A stretch of 64,000 bases of DNA from the NCBI GenBank assembly GCA_041946805.1, contig JBHGBC010000003.1, positions 63,149 to 127,148 of the forward strand. The letters are read 5' to 3'. The translations under genes and the position numbers were made by a program. This document shows, piece after piece, positions 42,360-52,818 of the stretch. Numbering within the stretch: position 1 is the first letter of the stretch; each line of letters begins with the position of its first letter. Source of the stretch: a bacterium (GTDB taxonomy: Bacteria > Hinthialibacterota > Hinthialibacteria > Hinthialibacterales > Hinthialibacteraceae). The notes beneath the pieces are model-generated. The model did no database searches. It was not told the DNA's origin and was given only the letters and a program-made list of their open reading frames with translations.

Positions 42360-43352
42360 ATGAATCCCAATTCCCCGCGTTTACAAACACCAATCAATTC
42401 GCCCCAGTCCCAATCGGATGAAGCGCGGTCCCGCCGGCCGCTGGTTTCGGTCATCTTGTTGAACTACAACGGCATGCGGTTTCTGGTCCCGTGCCTGGAA
42501 TCGGTGCTGGCGGACACGTACACGCCCAAGGAAATCCTGCTGGTGGACAACGCTTCCACCGATGGCTCCATGAACCTCGCCGGGGCGTACCAGGACCGGA
42601 TCACGATCGTCCAAAATCCCCACAATTATGGATTCCCCAAGGGCTGCAACCAGGGCATCCAGCTGGCGCGGGGGGATGTGATCGTGCTGCTCAATGTCGA
42701 TACCGTGGTTCGTGAAGGGTGGTTGGAGAAGTTGATCGAGCCGCTTTTGCACGATGCCACCCTCGCGATGACCGGTTCCAAACTGCTTTTCCCCGATTCC
42801 GATCTCATCCAGTTTGCCGGGGGGGTCATGGAGCCCAACGGCCTGACTCATCATGAAGGCTATGGCCTGCCCGACGGGGAGGAATTCAATCAGCCCAAGG
42901 AAGTGGATTACCTGACGGGCGCGTCGGTGGCGATCCGCCGGGACGTATTGGAACGTCTGGGCGGGCTGGATGAGGGTTTTCCCTTATATTTCGAAGACCT
43001 GGATTTCAGTTACCGGGTACGCCAGGCGGGCTATAAGATTCTCTATCAACCTGAATCGGTGGTATATCATTTCGAGACATTCGGGACAAAGAAACACAGC
43101 GCCAAGTATTTCTATAAATACCACCGGGGACGGATGCGGTTCGTCCTCAAGCAATTCGGCTTGTGTTATTTCCTCAAGACCTTTCTCCCGGCCGAAATGG
43201 ATTGGTACCGGCGCTGCAATCTGCGGCAACAAATCGTTCCCTTGCTCGGGGCCTACTTGACGCAGATGCCGAAAGCGCCCTATTTCTGGCTGAAGGGCTT
43301 TGCACGGAGGCGATTCGCGCGGCCTTCGGCACGGTTCACTCCACGTCCATGA
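42360..43352 (+). CDS. Glycosyltransferase family 2
   Basis: LVDNASTDGS, N.GF..G.N.G, LLNVD and YFEDLD. Confidence 0.9.
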   Translation: MNPNSPRLQTPINSPQSQSDEARSRRPLVSVILLNYNGMRFLVPCLESVLADTYTPKEILLVDNASTDGSMNLAGAYQDRITIVQNPHNYGFPKGCNQGIQLARGDVIVLLNVDTVVREGWLEKLIEPLLHDATLAMTGSKLLFPDSDLIQFAGGVMEPNGLTHHEGYGLPDGEEFNQPKEVDYLTGASVAIRRDVLERLGGLDEGFPLYFEDLDFSYRVRQAGYKILYQPESVVYHFETFGTKKHSAKYFYKYHRGRMRFVLKQFGLCYFLKTFLPAEMDWYRRCNLRQQIVPLLGAYLTQMPKAPYFWLKGFARRRFARPSARFTPRP

Positions 43353-44062
43353 ATAAGCCAGCCTTCTTCGATTGGCTCGATCACCGCCGGGCCGCGGAAC
43401 GCCAGCATGCGGAAATCGCCCGGCTGACGGGGATCGGCACCGGACGCCTTTTGGAAATTGGCTCGGGCGATGGAACCTACCTCCAGTATTTTCAGGATCA
43501 CGGGTGGGAATGCCTGGGCATCGAACCGGACGCGTCCCTGGCGGAACGGGCCCTGCTCGAGCGCCAGGTGCTCACGCTGCAGGTCTCCCCGGTGGAAGCG
43601 GGGATCCCCGCCGGCTCGTATGATTTGGTCCGGATCCGCTTCCCATGGCGCGCGGATAATCCCACGCAGGCCGCGCTACACCATCCTCCTGGAACACAAT
43701 TTCCGGTTCCCTTCACCCAGTGCGCGGATGATCCCGCGCAAACCGTGCTGCGTCTTGCCTACGAAGCCCTCGTCCCCACCGGCTACCTGATCGCCGAAAC
43801 CTGGAACGGCAGCGGATGGCCGTACCGGGAATGGACACGGGATTTGTCACGCCGCTTCGACAAGCGTACCTTTCCTAAGTTCGTGCAAGGGGCTGGATTC
43901 GAGATCGGCGGGATCATCGCTCCGCGGCTGGGGGATCCGGTTTGGTTTCCCTTATCCAGGAAGGGATGGCGCGCCGCGGATTGGCGGAAGATACCGGATG
44001 CGATTCTAGGCTTCTTTGACCGGGGTTCCATGCTGGTGTTGTTCGGGCAAAAGCCGGGATGA
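43349..44062 (+). CDS. Class I SAM-dependent methyltransferase-like protein
   Basis: LLEIGSGDG and GIEPD; ATGA overlap with the upstream stop. Confidence 0.75.
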   Translation: MNKPAFFDWLDHRRAAERQHAEIARLTGIGTGRLLEIGSGDGTYLQYFQDHGWECLGIEPDASLAERALLERQVLTLQVSPVEAGIPAGSYDLVRIRFPWRADNPTQAALHHPPGTQFPVPFTQCADDPAQTVLRLAYEALVPTGYLIAETWNGSGWPYREWTRDLSRRFDKRTFPKFVQGAGFEIGGIIAPRLGDPVWFPLSRKGWRAADWRKIPDAILGFFDRGSMLVLFGQKPG

Positions 44063-44170
44063 GAGTGTTCATTCCAGAAATTCCTGGCAGAATGGCCGCT
44101 ACGCAGGACATGGCGCATCATACCCATCCATGCCGTTTATGCGAATCCTGAAGAATCTGACGGAATCCTC

Positions 44171-44692
44171 ATGATCACAGGTAAACACATCCACCTTTCA
44201 CCATTCGATCTCAAGCACAAGGACAAAACACGGGCCTGGGCCAACGATCCCGAAGCCGCGCGCCTGCTGGACCGCGCCCGGCCGGTGAGCGAACTCGAAC
44301 ACGACCAATGGTTCGATTCCTTGCCCCAGCGTCCCGATTCCGTCTTTTTCGCCATTGAGGCCAACGACTATGGAAAGCATATCGGCAACGTGTGGCTGGC
44401 CGGCATCGACCTGCGCCACCGCAAGGCCGAAATCCGCATTCTGATCGGTGAAGGCGACAATCAAAACAAGGGATTGGGCACAGAAGCCATCGAGTTGATC
44501 ACCCACTACGCGTTCACCAAACTGAATCTGCACAAGGTCTACGCGTATGTGTTGTCCATCAATCCCCGCGCCCGGCGGGCCTTCGAAAAAGCCGGTTTTG
44601 TGTTGGAAGGCACCCTGCGCCAGGACCGCTGGAGCGAAAACCAATATATCGACGTTTTTCTCTTGGGGAGGATTCGGGAGGGAAATCCATAA
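44171..44692 (+). CDS. GNAT N-acetyltransferase (RimJ/RimL type)
   Basis: NKGLGTEA, LNLHKV and N.RA...FEKAGF..EG.LR. Confidence 0.9.
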   Translation: MITGKHIHLSPFDLKHKDKTRAWANDPEAARLLDRARPVSELEHDQWFDSLPQRPDSVFFAIEANDYGKHIGNVWLAGIDLRHRKAEIRILIGEGDNQNKGLGTEAIELITHYAFTKLNLHKVYAYVLSINPRARRAFEKAGFVLEGTLRQDRWSENQYIDVFLLGRIREGNP

Positions 44693-44723
44693 TCCCAACA
44701 GAATCCGCCTGACACGAAGATTT

Positions 44724-45491
44724 CTATTTTTGGGCCAGGGCATACAAACGGGCCGAACCGTATCCGTATTCCTGGCCATCCAAATCTCCCAAGAGTCTTA
44801 CCTTACGAAAACCAACCTGCTGGAGACGGTCTTTCAACTCCCGGCCCGAATAGAGGGCATGATGAAACTTATAGATTTTGGATGACCCGTCCCGGACATG
44901 AATCCATTCGGTTTCCACCCGTGTCCATTCGTCGATGATTTTGTGCCGCATCACCAGGATGGATCCATCCGGCAACGCTTCCGAGGTGGTGGCTTGAAAT
45001 ATCCGGGCCAATACTTCCTTTCCCATTATATCGATCAGGCAATATCCACCAGCCTTTAAACTATGAAAAATGTTTTCCAGAACCACCCGGTCCTCCTCCC
45101 TATCTTCAAAATACCCGAAGGAGGTCAACATGTTCAGGACCAGATCGAACGCGTCCGGCCGCTTAAACCTGCGCATGTCGTCTTCTATCCATTCGATTCG
45201 CACGCCTCTTTCTTCCGCGTGGCGTTTGGCCTGTTCCAGGTAAAAACGCGTCCGGTCCACGCCGGTTACGTGATAACCGCGGGCAGCAAAGGCGAGCGCC
45301 ATCCGTCCCGGACCGCAACAAAGGTCCAATACCGCTTTCCCCCGCGGGGATACGAGGTCAATGATTTTCGCGGCATCCGCTTCTGATTTTTTCAAGATGC
45401 CGTCATTGAAGAGCATGGGATAAAGCATTTCCCAAAACGATTCGTCTTCGAACCATTGGATCATCGCGCGTGCTCCCGGATCGGTTTTCAT
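44724..45491 (-). CDS. Class I SAM-dependent methyltransferase
   Basis: VLDLCCGPGR, TGVD, DMR and TSFGYF. Confidence 0.9.
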   Translation of the reverse strand: MKTDPGARAMIQWFEDESFWEMLYPMLFNDGILKKSEADAAKIIDLVSPRGKAVLDLCCGPGRMALAFAARGYHVTGVDRTRFYLEQAKRHAEERGVRIEWIEDDMRRFKRPDAFDLVLNMLTSFGYFEDREEDRVVLENIFHSLKAGGYCLIDIMGKEVLARIFQATTSEALPDGSILVMRHKIIDEWTRVETEWIHVRDGSSKIYKFHHALYSGRELKDRLQQVGFRKVRLLGDLDGQEYGYGSARLYALAQK

Positions 45492-45778
45492 GGTTTACGC
45501 GGCGCCTTTGTAACTTGGGGTGGTTGATTGCATCCCGGCTGATAACTGTTTACTCAATGGCAGAGAGAGGATGAATTCTGCCCTTTCAGGGCATCCCTCA
45601 CCCTAAACCCTCTCCCAGAGGGAGAGGGAATATTGGAGGGATCATCGATCCATGGAAGAAACGCGGACTGGCCATCTGAAAAAAATAACGCAGGCTGTTG
45701 AGCCGGTTTTTTCGCTCGGCCACTCTCGCGGGTTGATTAATCCAGGGGGTAAATTTCCCGAATGGAGGCGGCACGCCA

Positions 45779-48469
45779 TCAATACACGGCCCAATCCGCC
45801 ACCTCCGTGCCGCCGGTCAACTCCACTCCAGTGAAAAATCCCTTGGAAAGGCTGCCGTCCTGATGCGCGGTCACCGCCAGCCCGGCATACACGGGATCGG
45901 CGAGATCGAGGGCCACCGAATGGAACAATACCCGCTGTCCGGTGGCTGGATCGATGTAATAGGCGCTGATCGTATTGCCCGCCCGTTCGATTTCCAACCG
46001 GCCGTCCTGGAAGTCGAGCGTCAACAAGCCGCTTTCCTGGCACCCGCCATCAGCCGTGGGACGCCATTGTGACGAGGCCTGCAGATCGGCCCGGAGAATC
46101 GCGTCATAGAAGATCGCGCCCGGTTGCAGCGAGTCACGGATCATCAATCCCGCCTTCACCCAGGGATCGGCGCTTTCGAAAGGATCCAACTGAATAGCGG
46201 CCTTCAGGGAAAAATCGCCCCGCACCGGTTTGAATACATAATGGAACTCGTCCGCGGTTCCCCAGATGTCCGCCCCGCTGCCGGTGACCTCGTATTCTCC
46301 CGTGGATGAATTGAAGGCGGCGTTACCGGCGGCCTCCACCGCGCCGATATCCGCGTGGCCGTCGAATATCCCCACGGCCGGGAGCAGCCGCGGCAACGAT
46401 TGCGCTCCGCCCACGGTGATGCCATCACTGACGCCGAACCAGGCCGCGGATGCCGTGGGAGACACAGGCGCCTTGACCTTGTAGTTCAGCGCCGTCACGC
46501 CCGGTCCGGCGGTGAGGGTCCAGCTGATCACGCTGCCCGCGACCGTCACGCTCGCGTCACTCCGGTCCACGCCCATATCCGAGAGGGATTCATAAAAATC
46601 GAACCGCGCCTCGGTCTTGCCCGCCTCGTCGATCACCGTGGCCTGCGGATATCCGGGGGAGGTCACGACATCATAAGAATGCCAAACGGTGGATCCGGTT
46701 GTCACGTCAAAGGCCACTTCGGTGGCGTCCCAGCCGTACTCGCCATCGTAATAGACGGCGAAATAAATCCGGTCGCCGGCGTTCAGGCTGCCCAGCGGAT
46801 ACGTTTGGGAATCCGTCACCCATGCCTGGTCCTGCGAGGCGGTGAGGGCGGCCACCTGGTTTTGCTTCGGATCAATCAGCAGGAAGGTCACGGTCGCGCC
46901 CGAGTTGTAAACCCGCCGGGCCGCCAGGCCGGACACCGAATAGGTTCCCGCCGCCGGGACCACGAACGCGGCCACCAGCAAGTGCTCATTGTTGGGGGGA
47001 TGCAACTGGAGGTCGAAAACTCCCAACGGCTGCGGGGCCACGGTTTCATTGGTATCCTGGCCGCGTTCCACCGTGCTTTTGCCGGCATAGGGATACCCCG
47101 TGCCCGAGTACCAAAACTCCCGCACGTGGTTGAAATCCTCCGCGTGGGGATCCAAGCTGTAGGTGGAGAGCAGTCCCTGATCGATCGGCGTGATCACTCC
47201 ACCGGTGGCGACGTTCCCCGTGGGATTGGTTGAAACCACCGTCCAGCCATCGGGAACCGCTTCGGTCACCGCCACCGGTTTGGAAGAACCGCCGGGATTG
47301 TTGAGTTCGATGGTGATATCGATTTCATCGTTGCTCCGGTAATAATCCTGAGAGGAGAGGCGCGTGCCTTTCACCAGGGCGGCCTTGCTGATCACTCCCA
47401 GCCGGTCAACGCCCCGAGTAGTCAATCCGTCGCAGGTCCCAAACCAGATGGCCGTCCCACGGGGAATGGAAGGCGCTTTCGCCCGGTAGGAGAGCGTGGT
47501 GACACCGGGCGCGGCGGACAGCGTCCAGGTGATCAGCGGTCCGTTGACGGTGATAGGGGATGTGCCGCTCAAATCCACGCCGCCGGCGTTGGAGGACTCA
47601 TAAAAATCCAGCCGCGCCGGCGTAGTGCCCGATTCATCCGGCAGCATGGCTTGCGGAAAGCCGTCCTGCGTCACCGCCTTATAGGAATGCCATACGGTGT
47701 TACCCGTAGTCACCGTGAAGGCGATTTCCGTGGCGTCCCAGCCGTAATCGCCATCGTTACTGACGGCGAAATAGATCCGGTCTCCGGCCGGAAGATTCCC
47801 GTCCGGGTAGGATAGATCGTCCGTGATCCACATTTGATCCTGGAAGGCCTGCAGGGAGGCCAGCAGGTTTTTCCCGGAATCGAAAACCATGTAGGTTACC
47901 GATTCGCCCGAGTAATAAACCCGCCGCACGGCCAGGTTGGAGATCGTATAAGCGCCCGCCACCGGCGCGGTAAACGCGGCGACGGTCAGATGCGGATTGG
48001 ACGGGGGATGCAGCTGCAGGTCCATCACGCCCAAGGGCTCGGGCGCGCCGGTTTCAAACTCATCGTCCCCGCGCGGGACGGTGCTCTTCCCCGCGTAAGG
48101 ATACCCGCCATCAAGGTAGTTCGACCAGAATTGGCTCACATGGTTGAAATCTTCCTCGTGGGGGGCGGCGTTGAACACGCTGAACAGTCCCTGGTCCAAT
48201 CCCGGATTGAAGACTCCCCCCGTTTGCGCCGTCCCGCCCTGGCCGGTGGATACCACCGTCCACCCCTCGGGCAGCGCTTCCACCACGGTGACCGATTTCG
48301 GTGAGTTCCCGGGATTGTCGAGACGAAGGACAAATTCCATCTCCTCGTCTGCCCGGAAAAATTGTTTCGACGCTTCCCGCGTTCCCTTCACGTACTGCGC
48401 GGAAGCCGCGCCCACCCAGAGCAAAGCGAATAAGAGAATCATCCCCTGAGCGATCCTTTGGTTTTTCAT
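45779..48469 (-). CDS. Secreted multidomain protein: two ~339-aa repeats, a lectin-like beta domain and a TEVADWAVY tail
   Basis: Signal ending ASA|Q; internal duplication starting VKGTR; GSGADIWGTADEFHYV domain. Confidence 0.8.
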   Translation of the reverse strand: MKNQRIAQGMILLFALLWVGAASAQYVKGTREASKQFFRADEEMEFVLRLDNPGNSPKSVTVVEALPEGWTVVSTGQGGTAQTGGVFNPGLDQGLFSVFNAAPHEEDFNHVSQFWSNYLDGGYPYAGKSTVPRGDDEFETGAPEPLGVMDLQLHPPSNPHLTVAAFTAPVAGAYTISNLAVRRVYYSGESVTYMVFDSGKNLLASLQAFQDQMWITDDLSYPDGNLPAGDRIYFAVSNDGDYGWDATEIAFTVTTGNTVWHSYKAVTQDGFPQAMLPDESGTTPARLDFYESSNAGGVDLSGTSPITVNGPLITWTLSAAPGVTTLSYRAKAPSIPRGTAIWFGTCDGLTTRGVDRLGVISKAALVKGTRLSSQDYYRSNDEIDITIELNNPGGSSKPVAVTEAVPDGWTVVSTNPTGNVATGGVITPIDQGLLSTYSLDPHAEDFNHVREFWYSGTGYPYAGKSTVERGQDTNETVAPQPLGVFDLQLHPPNNEHLLVAAFVVPAAGTYSVSGLAARRVYNSGATVTFLLIDPKQNQVAALTASQDQAWVTDSQTYPLGSLNAGDRIYFAVYYDGEYGWDATEVAFDVTTGSTVWHSYDVVTSPGYPQATVIDEAGKTEARFDFYESLSDMGVDRSDASVTVAGSVISWTLTAGPGVTALNYKVKAPVSPTASAAWFGVSDGITVGGAQSLPRLLPAVGIFDGHADIGAVEAAGNAAFNSSTGEYEVTGSGADIWGTADEFHYVFKPVRGDFSLKAAIQLDPFESADPWVKAGLMIRDSLQPGAIFYDAILRADLQASSQWRPTADGGCQESGLLTLDFQDGRLEIERAGNTISAYYIDPATGQRVLFHSVALDLADPVYAGLAVTAHQDGSLSKGFFTGVELTGGTEVADWAVY

Positions 48470-48648
48470 CGTCCGGACTCCTGGTTACGGATGGATTCCG
48501 CGTATGGCGGCTTGTTCGGCGAATGAATTATTTATACCATGCCGCGGAGAAAATTTCGACGAGCGGGTATGCAATGGTTTAACCTTGTTCCCTAAAAACC
48601 GGGGATTTCTTCTCCCTCCACCAGGATCAGAACCCAGCAGGAGGATCC

Positions 48649-49398
48649 TCAACCGGGGCGTTGCAGCTGCCACAGTTTCGCATATTTCGTAAAGGTATAA
48701 AACGCCGACAGGACGGCGAGGATCAAACCCACCCGGCCATCCAGAAAGCCCAGACGGAAGACGTACATCCGCAAAAAACTCCAGGCGGGATTGAAGAGCA
48801 TTTGAATTATCCCCGCGCGCTTCCCCTCCCGGTGCATATCCAACGCCGTGCCGCTGGTGAAGGGTGCGAATTTCTTGAAATAATCATCGAGATCGCCATA
48901 GGTGAGATGAATGATTTTCCCCTTCAACTTTCCAGGAGGAGAATGCAGTTCGATATCGGCATGGACTTCGCGGGCTGAATAGCGGCAACGGTCCCGGTGC
49001 AGAAAGCGCAGGATTTTATCCTGGTTCCACCCACCGTGCCGCACTTCGTACCCGAATGCGTGATTGCGCCGGTAGATATAATAGGCGTCATGGACGGGGC
49101 CGGTTTGCAGCAGGTATTGAATCTCGTCCCGCAGTTCATCCGTCACCCGTTCGTCAGCGTCCACATTGATGATCCAGGGATGGGATGCTTGCGCATAAGC
49201 CCAATTTTTTTGTTCCGGATAGGCTGTGAACTTGCGTTGCAACACCCGCGCCCCGTAGGAACGGGCAATATCCACGGTGCGGTCGGTTGAAAACGAATCC
49301 ACGACCAGAATCTCGTCCGCCCATTTCACGCTTTCCAGGCAATCCGGGAGATTTTTTTCTTCGTTCTTGGTGATGATCACTGCCGAGACTTTTTCCAT
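48649..49398 (-). CDS. Glycosyltransferase family 2 (WaaE/KdtX-like LPS core type)
   Basis: IITKNEE, VDSFSTD.T, DADE and GFLDG. Confidence 0.9.
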   Translation of the reverse strand: MEKVSAVIITKNEEKNLPDCLESVKWADEILVVDSFSTDRTVDIARSYGARVLQRKFTAYPEQKNWAYAQASHPWIINVDADERVTDELRDEIQYLLQTGPVHDAYYIYRRNHAFGYEVRHGGWNQDKILRFLHRDRCRYSAREVHADIELHSPPGKLKGKIIHLTYGDLDDYFKKFAPFTSGTALDMHREGKRAGIIQMLFNPAWSFLRMYVFRLGFLDGRVGLILAVLSAFYTFTKYAKLWQLQRPG

Positions 49399-49613
49399 GA
49401 TGGATTCCTTGCCACATGGTTACCAACTTGAATAGGAAACCAGTGTACAGCCGTTTGGACCGCATACAAAGAATATGCAATGACCAGGCACATCACGGCC
49501 ATGCCGCGAGGAGTGTGTTGCTTGAAGCCCGGGATTCCCGGCGTTACCATGCCAAACAGAGTTTTTGAGCATCGATGCAACAATAGCAAGGATCCCAAGG
49601 AAAGAGTCAAATT

Positions 49614-50333
49614 GTGAGCGGTGAATCCAGACACACGGTAAGCATTTTGCAACCCGGTTATCTGCCCTGGCTGGGATTCTTCGATCAGATGCACCGTTCC
49701 GATGTCTTTATCTACTACGACGACGTGCAGTTCGACAAGCACGGCTGGCGGAACCGCAACCGCATCAAGTCGCCGTCCGGCCCGCATTGGCTCACCGTGC
49801 CGGTGCTGCACAAGAACCGCGAGAAGCCCCTCATCCTGGAAGTAGAAATCGACAACCGCACCCCCTGGGCGCGCAAGCATATCGGCACCATCAGGCAATT
49901 CTACGCCAAGGCGCCATACCTGGATTTATACATGCCCGCCTTGGAAGAACGGCTTATGCAGGGATGGAGCCGTCTGGTGGATCTGGATTTGGCCCTGGTG
50001 GATTTAATGCTAGAATGGCTCGGTTTAAAGCGGGAAACACACCGGTCATCGGAACTGGGCATCCAGGGGGACCGCAGCGAGCGCCTATTGAGGATATGCC
50101 ACCATTTCGGCGCGGAACGGTATCTCTCCGGTGACGCCGCCAAGGACTATCTGGATGTCTCCCTGTTCGAGCGCCACGGGATCACCGTGGAATGGCAGGA
50201 ATACCGGCATCCGGTATATGCCCAACAGCATGGCCCGTTTGTCCCGTATTTATCCGCGTTGGATTTGTTGCTGAACCGCGGCCCGGACAGCCTTTCGATT
50301 CTCACACACAACCAAGACAAGGAAGCACAGTGA
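49614..50333 (+). CDS. WbqC-family protein
   Basis: QPGYLPWLGFF, DDVQF, WRNRNRI, YLSG and LSALDLL. Confidence 0.92.
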   Translation: MSGESRHTVSILQPGYLPWLGFFDQMHRSDVFIYYDDVQFDKHGWRNRNRIKSPSGPHWLTVPVLHKNREKPLILEVEIDNRTPWARKHIGTIRQFYAKAPYLDLYMPALEERLMQGWSRLVDLDLALVDLMLEWLGLKRETHRSSELGIQGDRSERLLRICHHFGAERYLSGDAAKDYLDVSLFERHGITVEWQEYRHPVYAQQHGPFVPYLSALDLLLNRGPDSLSILTHNQDKEAQ

Positions 50334-51361
50334 CCACACTCCTCGTAACCGGCGGACTCGGTTTCATCGGCAGCAACTTTGTGCGGTACATGTTCGAGAA
50401 ATACCCGGATTACCATATCCAGGTGCTCGACGCGCTGACCTACGCCGGCAGCGTCCACAATTCACCCGCGAACGCCTTCGAATCGGACCGGTACACCTTT
50501 TGGTACGGCGATATCCGTAACGGCGAACTGGTCGATACTCTCGTATCCCAAAGCGATATCGTGGTGCACATGGCCGCCGAATCGCACGTCACCCGGTCGA
50601 TCTTCGACAACCGTCTTTTCTTCGAAACCGATGTGATCGGCACGCAGACCGTCGCCAACGCCGTCGTCAAGCACGGCAGCCGGGTGAAATTGTTCGTGCA
50701 TATCTCGTCATCCGAAGTCTACGGAACAGCCCTGGCGGAAACGATGGACGAGAACCACCCCCTCAACCCGATGAGCCCCTACGCGTCGGCCAAGTGCGGC
50801 GCGGACCGGCTGGTGTATTCATACTGGACGACGTACCGGATTCCCGCCGTGATCGTCCGCCCCTTCAACAACTACGGGCCGGGCCAGCACCTGGAAAAAG
50901 CCGTCCCCCGGTTCATCACCAGTTGCCTTCTGGAAGAACCGATCACCGTGCACGGCGACGGTTCCGCCGCCCGCGATTGGCTCTATGTGGAAGACCATTG
51001 CCAGGCCCTCGACCGCATCCTGCACGCGGATCCGGCGTCCGTCGCGGGAGAGGTCTTCAACATCGGCACCGGCCGGCATATCTCCATCCTGGAGGTGGCC
51101 CAGGCCGTCCGCGAAGCCATGGGCAATCCCCCCACAAGCCCGATCCGGTTCATCGGCGACCGGCCTGGCCAAGTAACCCGGCATACCTGCGATTGTTCCA
51201 AATTACAAAAACGCCTGCATTGGGAAGCCACCACTTCCTTCCAAGAAGGTCTGCGTAAAACCATCGACTGGTACCGCGCGAACACCGAATGGTGGCAGCC
51301 CCAGCGCTGGCTGCGCCATATCCCCATCGTCACCGCCAGCGGCCAACGGGAAATGCACTGA
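50330..51361 (+). CDS. dTDP-glucose 4,6-dehydratase-like extended SDR
   Basis: TGGLGFIG, DALTYAG, AAESHV, PYASAK and NNYGP. Confidence 0.88.
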   Translation: MTTLLVTGGLGFIGSNFVRYMFEKYPDYHIQVLDALTYAGSVHNSPANAFESDRYTFWYGDIRNGELVDTLVSQSDIVVHMAAESHVTRSIFDNRLFFETDVIGTQTVANAVVKHGSRVKLFVHISSSEVYGTALAETMDENHPLNPMSPYASAKCGADRLVYSYWTTYRIPAVIVRPFNNYGPGQHLEKAVPRFITSCLLEEPITVHGDGSAARDWLYVEDHCQALDRILHADPASVAGEVFNIGTGRHISILEVAQAVREAMGNPPTSPIRFIGDRPGQVTRHTCDCSKLQKRLHWEATTSFQEGLRKTIDWYRANTEWWQPQRWLRHIPIVTASGQREMH

Positions 51362-52494
51362 TGACCAAGATTCCCTTCTTCATGCACGATTTGGGACAAG
51401 CGGAACTCGACTCGGTCGCCGAAGTCTTTTCCACGCCCATCCTCACAACGGGAGGCAAGGTCAAGGAATTCGAACAGCGCATAGCCGCGTACCTGGGCGT
51501 GAAGCACGCGCTCGCCGTGAGCAGTTGCACCGGCGCGCTGCATCTCTCGCTGCTGGCCCTGGGAATCGGCCCCGGGGATGAAGTGATCACCACCCCGATG
51601 ACTTTCATCGCCACCGCCACGGCGATTTTGGAGGCGGGCGCGCGTCCGGTTTTCGTGGACGTGGAACCGGAAACCGGGAACCTCGATGCGAACCGCGTGG
51701 AAGCGGCCGTCACACCCCGCACCCGCGCCATTCTGCCGGTCCATCTGTATGGGCAAATGTGCGACATGGCCGCCCTCCGTGCAATCGCCGACCGGCATGG
51801 CCTCGCGTTGATCGAGGATTCCGCCCACTGCCTGGAGGGCCGGCGCGATGGCATCGCCCCGGGACAGATTGGGGACACGGCTTGTTTTTCGTTCTATGCC
51901 ACCAAGAACCTCACCTGCGGCGAAGGCGGCATGGCGATCACCAACGACAGCGCCCGGGCGGAAAAAATGCGCCTGCTCAGCGTGCATGGCATGACCAAGA
52001 CCGCTTACGACCGCTACCAGGAAGGCTACCGCCACTGGGACATGGTGACACTGGGCTGGAAATACAACATGAGCAACATCGAGGCCGCCATTCTATTGCC
52101 CCAGTTGGAACGGCTGGAAGGCCACTGGCAAAAGCGGCAAGCCCTTGCGATGAAATACCAGGAACGGCTGGCCGGGATTCCGGGAGTTTCCATGCCCGTA
52201 ACGTTACCGGGAGTCCGCCACGCTTGCCACTTGTTCCCCATCTGGGTGGATCCGGCCATCCGCGACCAGGTGGTCCAAGGCATGAACCAGGCAGGCATCG
52301 GCGTGGTGATCAACTACCGCGCCATTCACACGCTTACGTATTTCCGGGAGACTCTGCACTACCGGGAAGATCAATTCCCCAACGCCAAACGCATCGGCGA
52401 CAGCACCCTTTCCCTGCCCTTCTACCCCACGATGCCCGATGAACATGTGGAGATCGTCACCGAAACCTTGCGGAAGATTTTGGCATCGTCGTAG
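51361..52494 (+). CDS. DegT/DnrJ/EryC1/StrS sugar aminotransferase
   Basis: PVHLYG, IEDSAH and SFYATKNL..GEGG. Confidence 0.93.
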   Translation: MTKIPFFMHDLGQAELDSVAEVFSTPILTTGGKVKEFEQRIAAYLGVKHALAVSSCTGALHLSLLALGIGPGDEVITTPMTFIATATAILEAGARPVFVDVEPETGNLDANRVEAAVTPRTRAILPVHLYGQMCDMAALRAIADRHGLALIEDSAHCLEGRRDGIAPGQIGDTACFSFYATKNLTCGEGGMAITNDSARAEKMRLLSVHGMTKTAYDRYQEGYRHWDMVTLGWKYNMSNIEAAILLPQLERLEGHWQKRQALAMKYQERLAGIPGVSMPVTLPGVRHACHLFPIWVDPAIRDQVVQGMNQAGIGVVINYRAIHTLTYFRETLHYREDQFPNAKRIGDSTLSLPFYPTMPDEHVEIVTETLRKILASS

Positions 52495-52552
52495 TCCGGA
52501 ATTTCTCGGTATGAGTTAAAACTCATTCAGGAACTCGGTGAAACTGAATTAA

Positions 52553-52765
52553 GGTTCATCCGACAAGTGCGTACTTTTTTTCAAGCATGTCCGGCTGCTG
52601 TTCAATCGGATTGGCCGGGGTAATCAATACCCTGATCCCCTCTCCCTCTGGGAGAGGGCCAGGGTGAGGGAGTTATTGTAGGGGCGGACCTTCGTGTCCG
52701 CCCGAATTTCAACGAGTGGATGGAATGCCTTCTTCACCAGCGGGTACGCACATGTTGGATGAACC
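52553..52765. mobile_element. MITE family A, copy 3 (213 bp, opposite orientation)
   Basis: TIRs GGTTCATCCGACAAGTGCGTAC and GGTTCATCCAACATGTGCGTAC (rc); flanks TGAATTAA / TGAATGAA. Confidence 0.8.
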
Positions 52766-52818
52766 TGAATGAAGGGATAAGGTATAATAGGCTGGTTGGA
52801 TTTTTGGACGCTTATATC

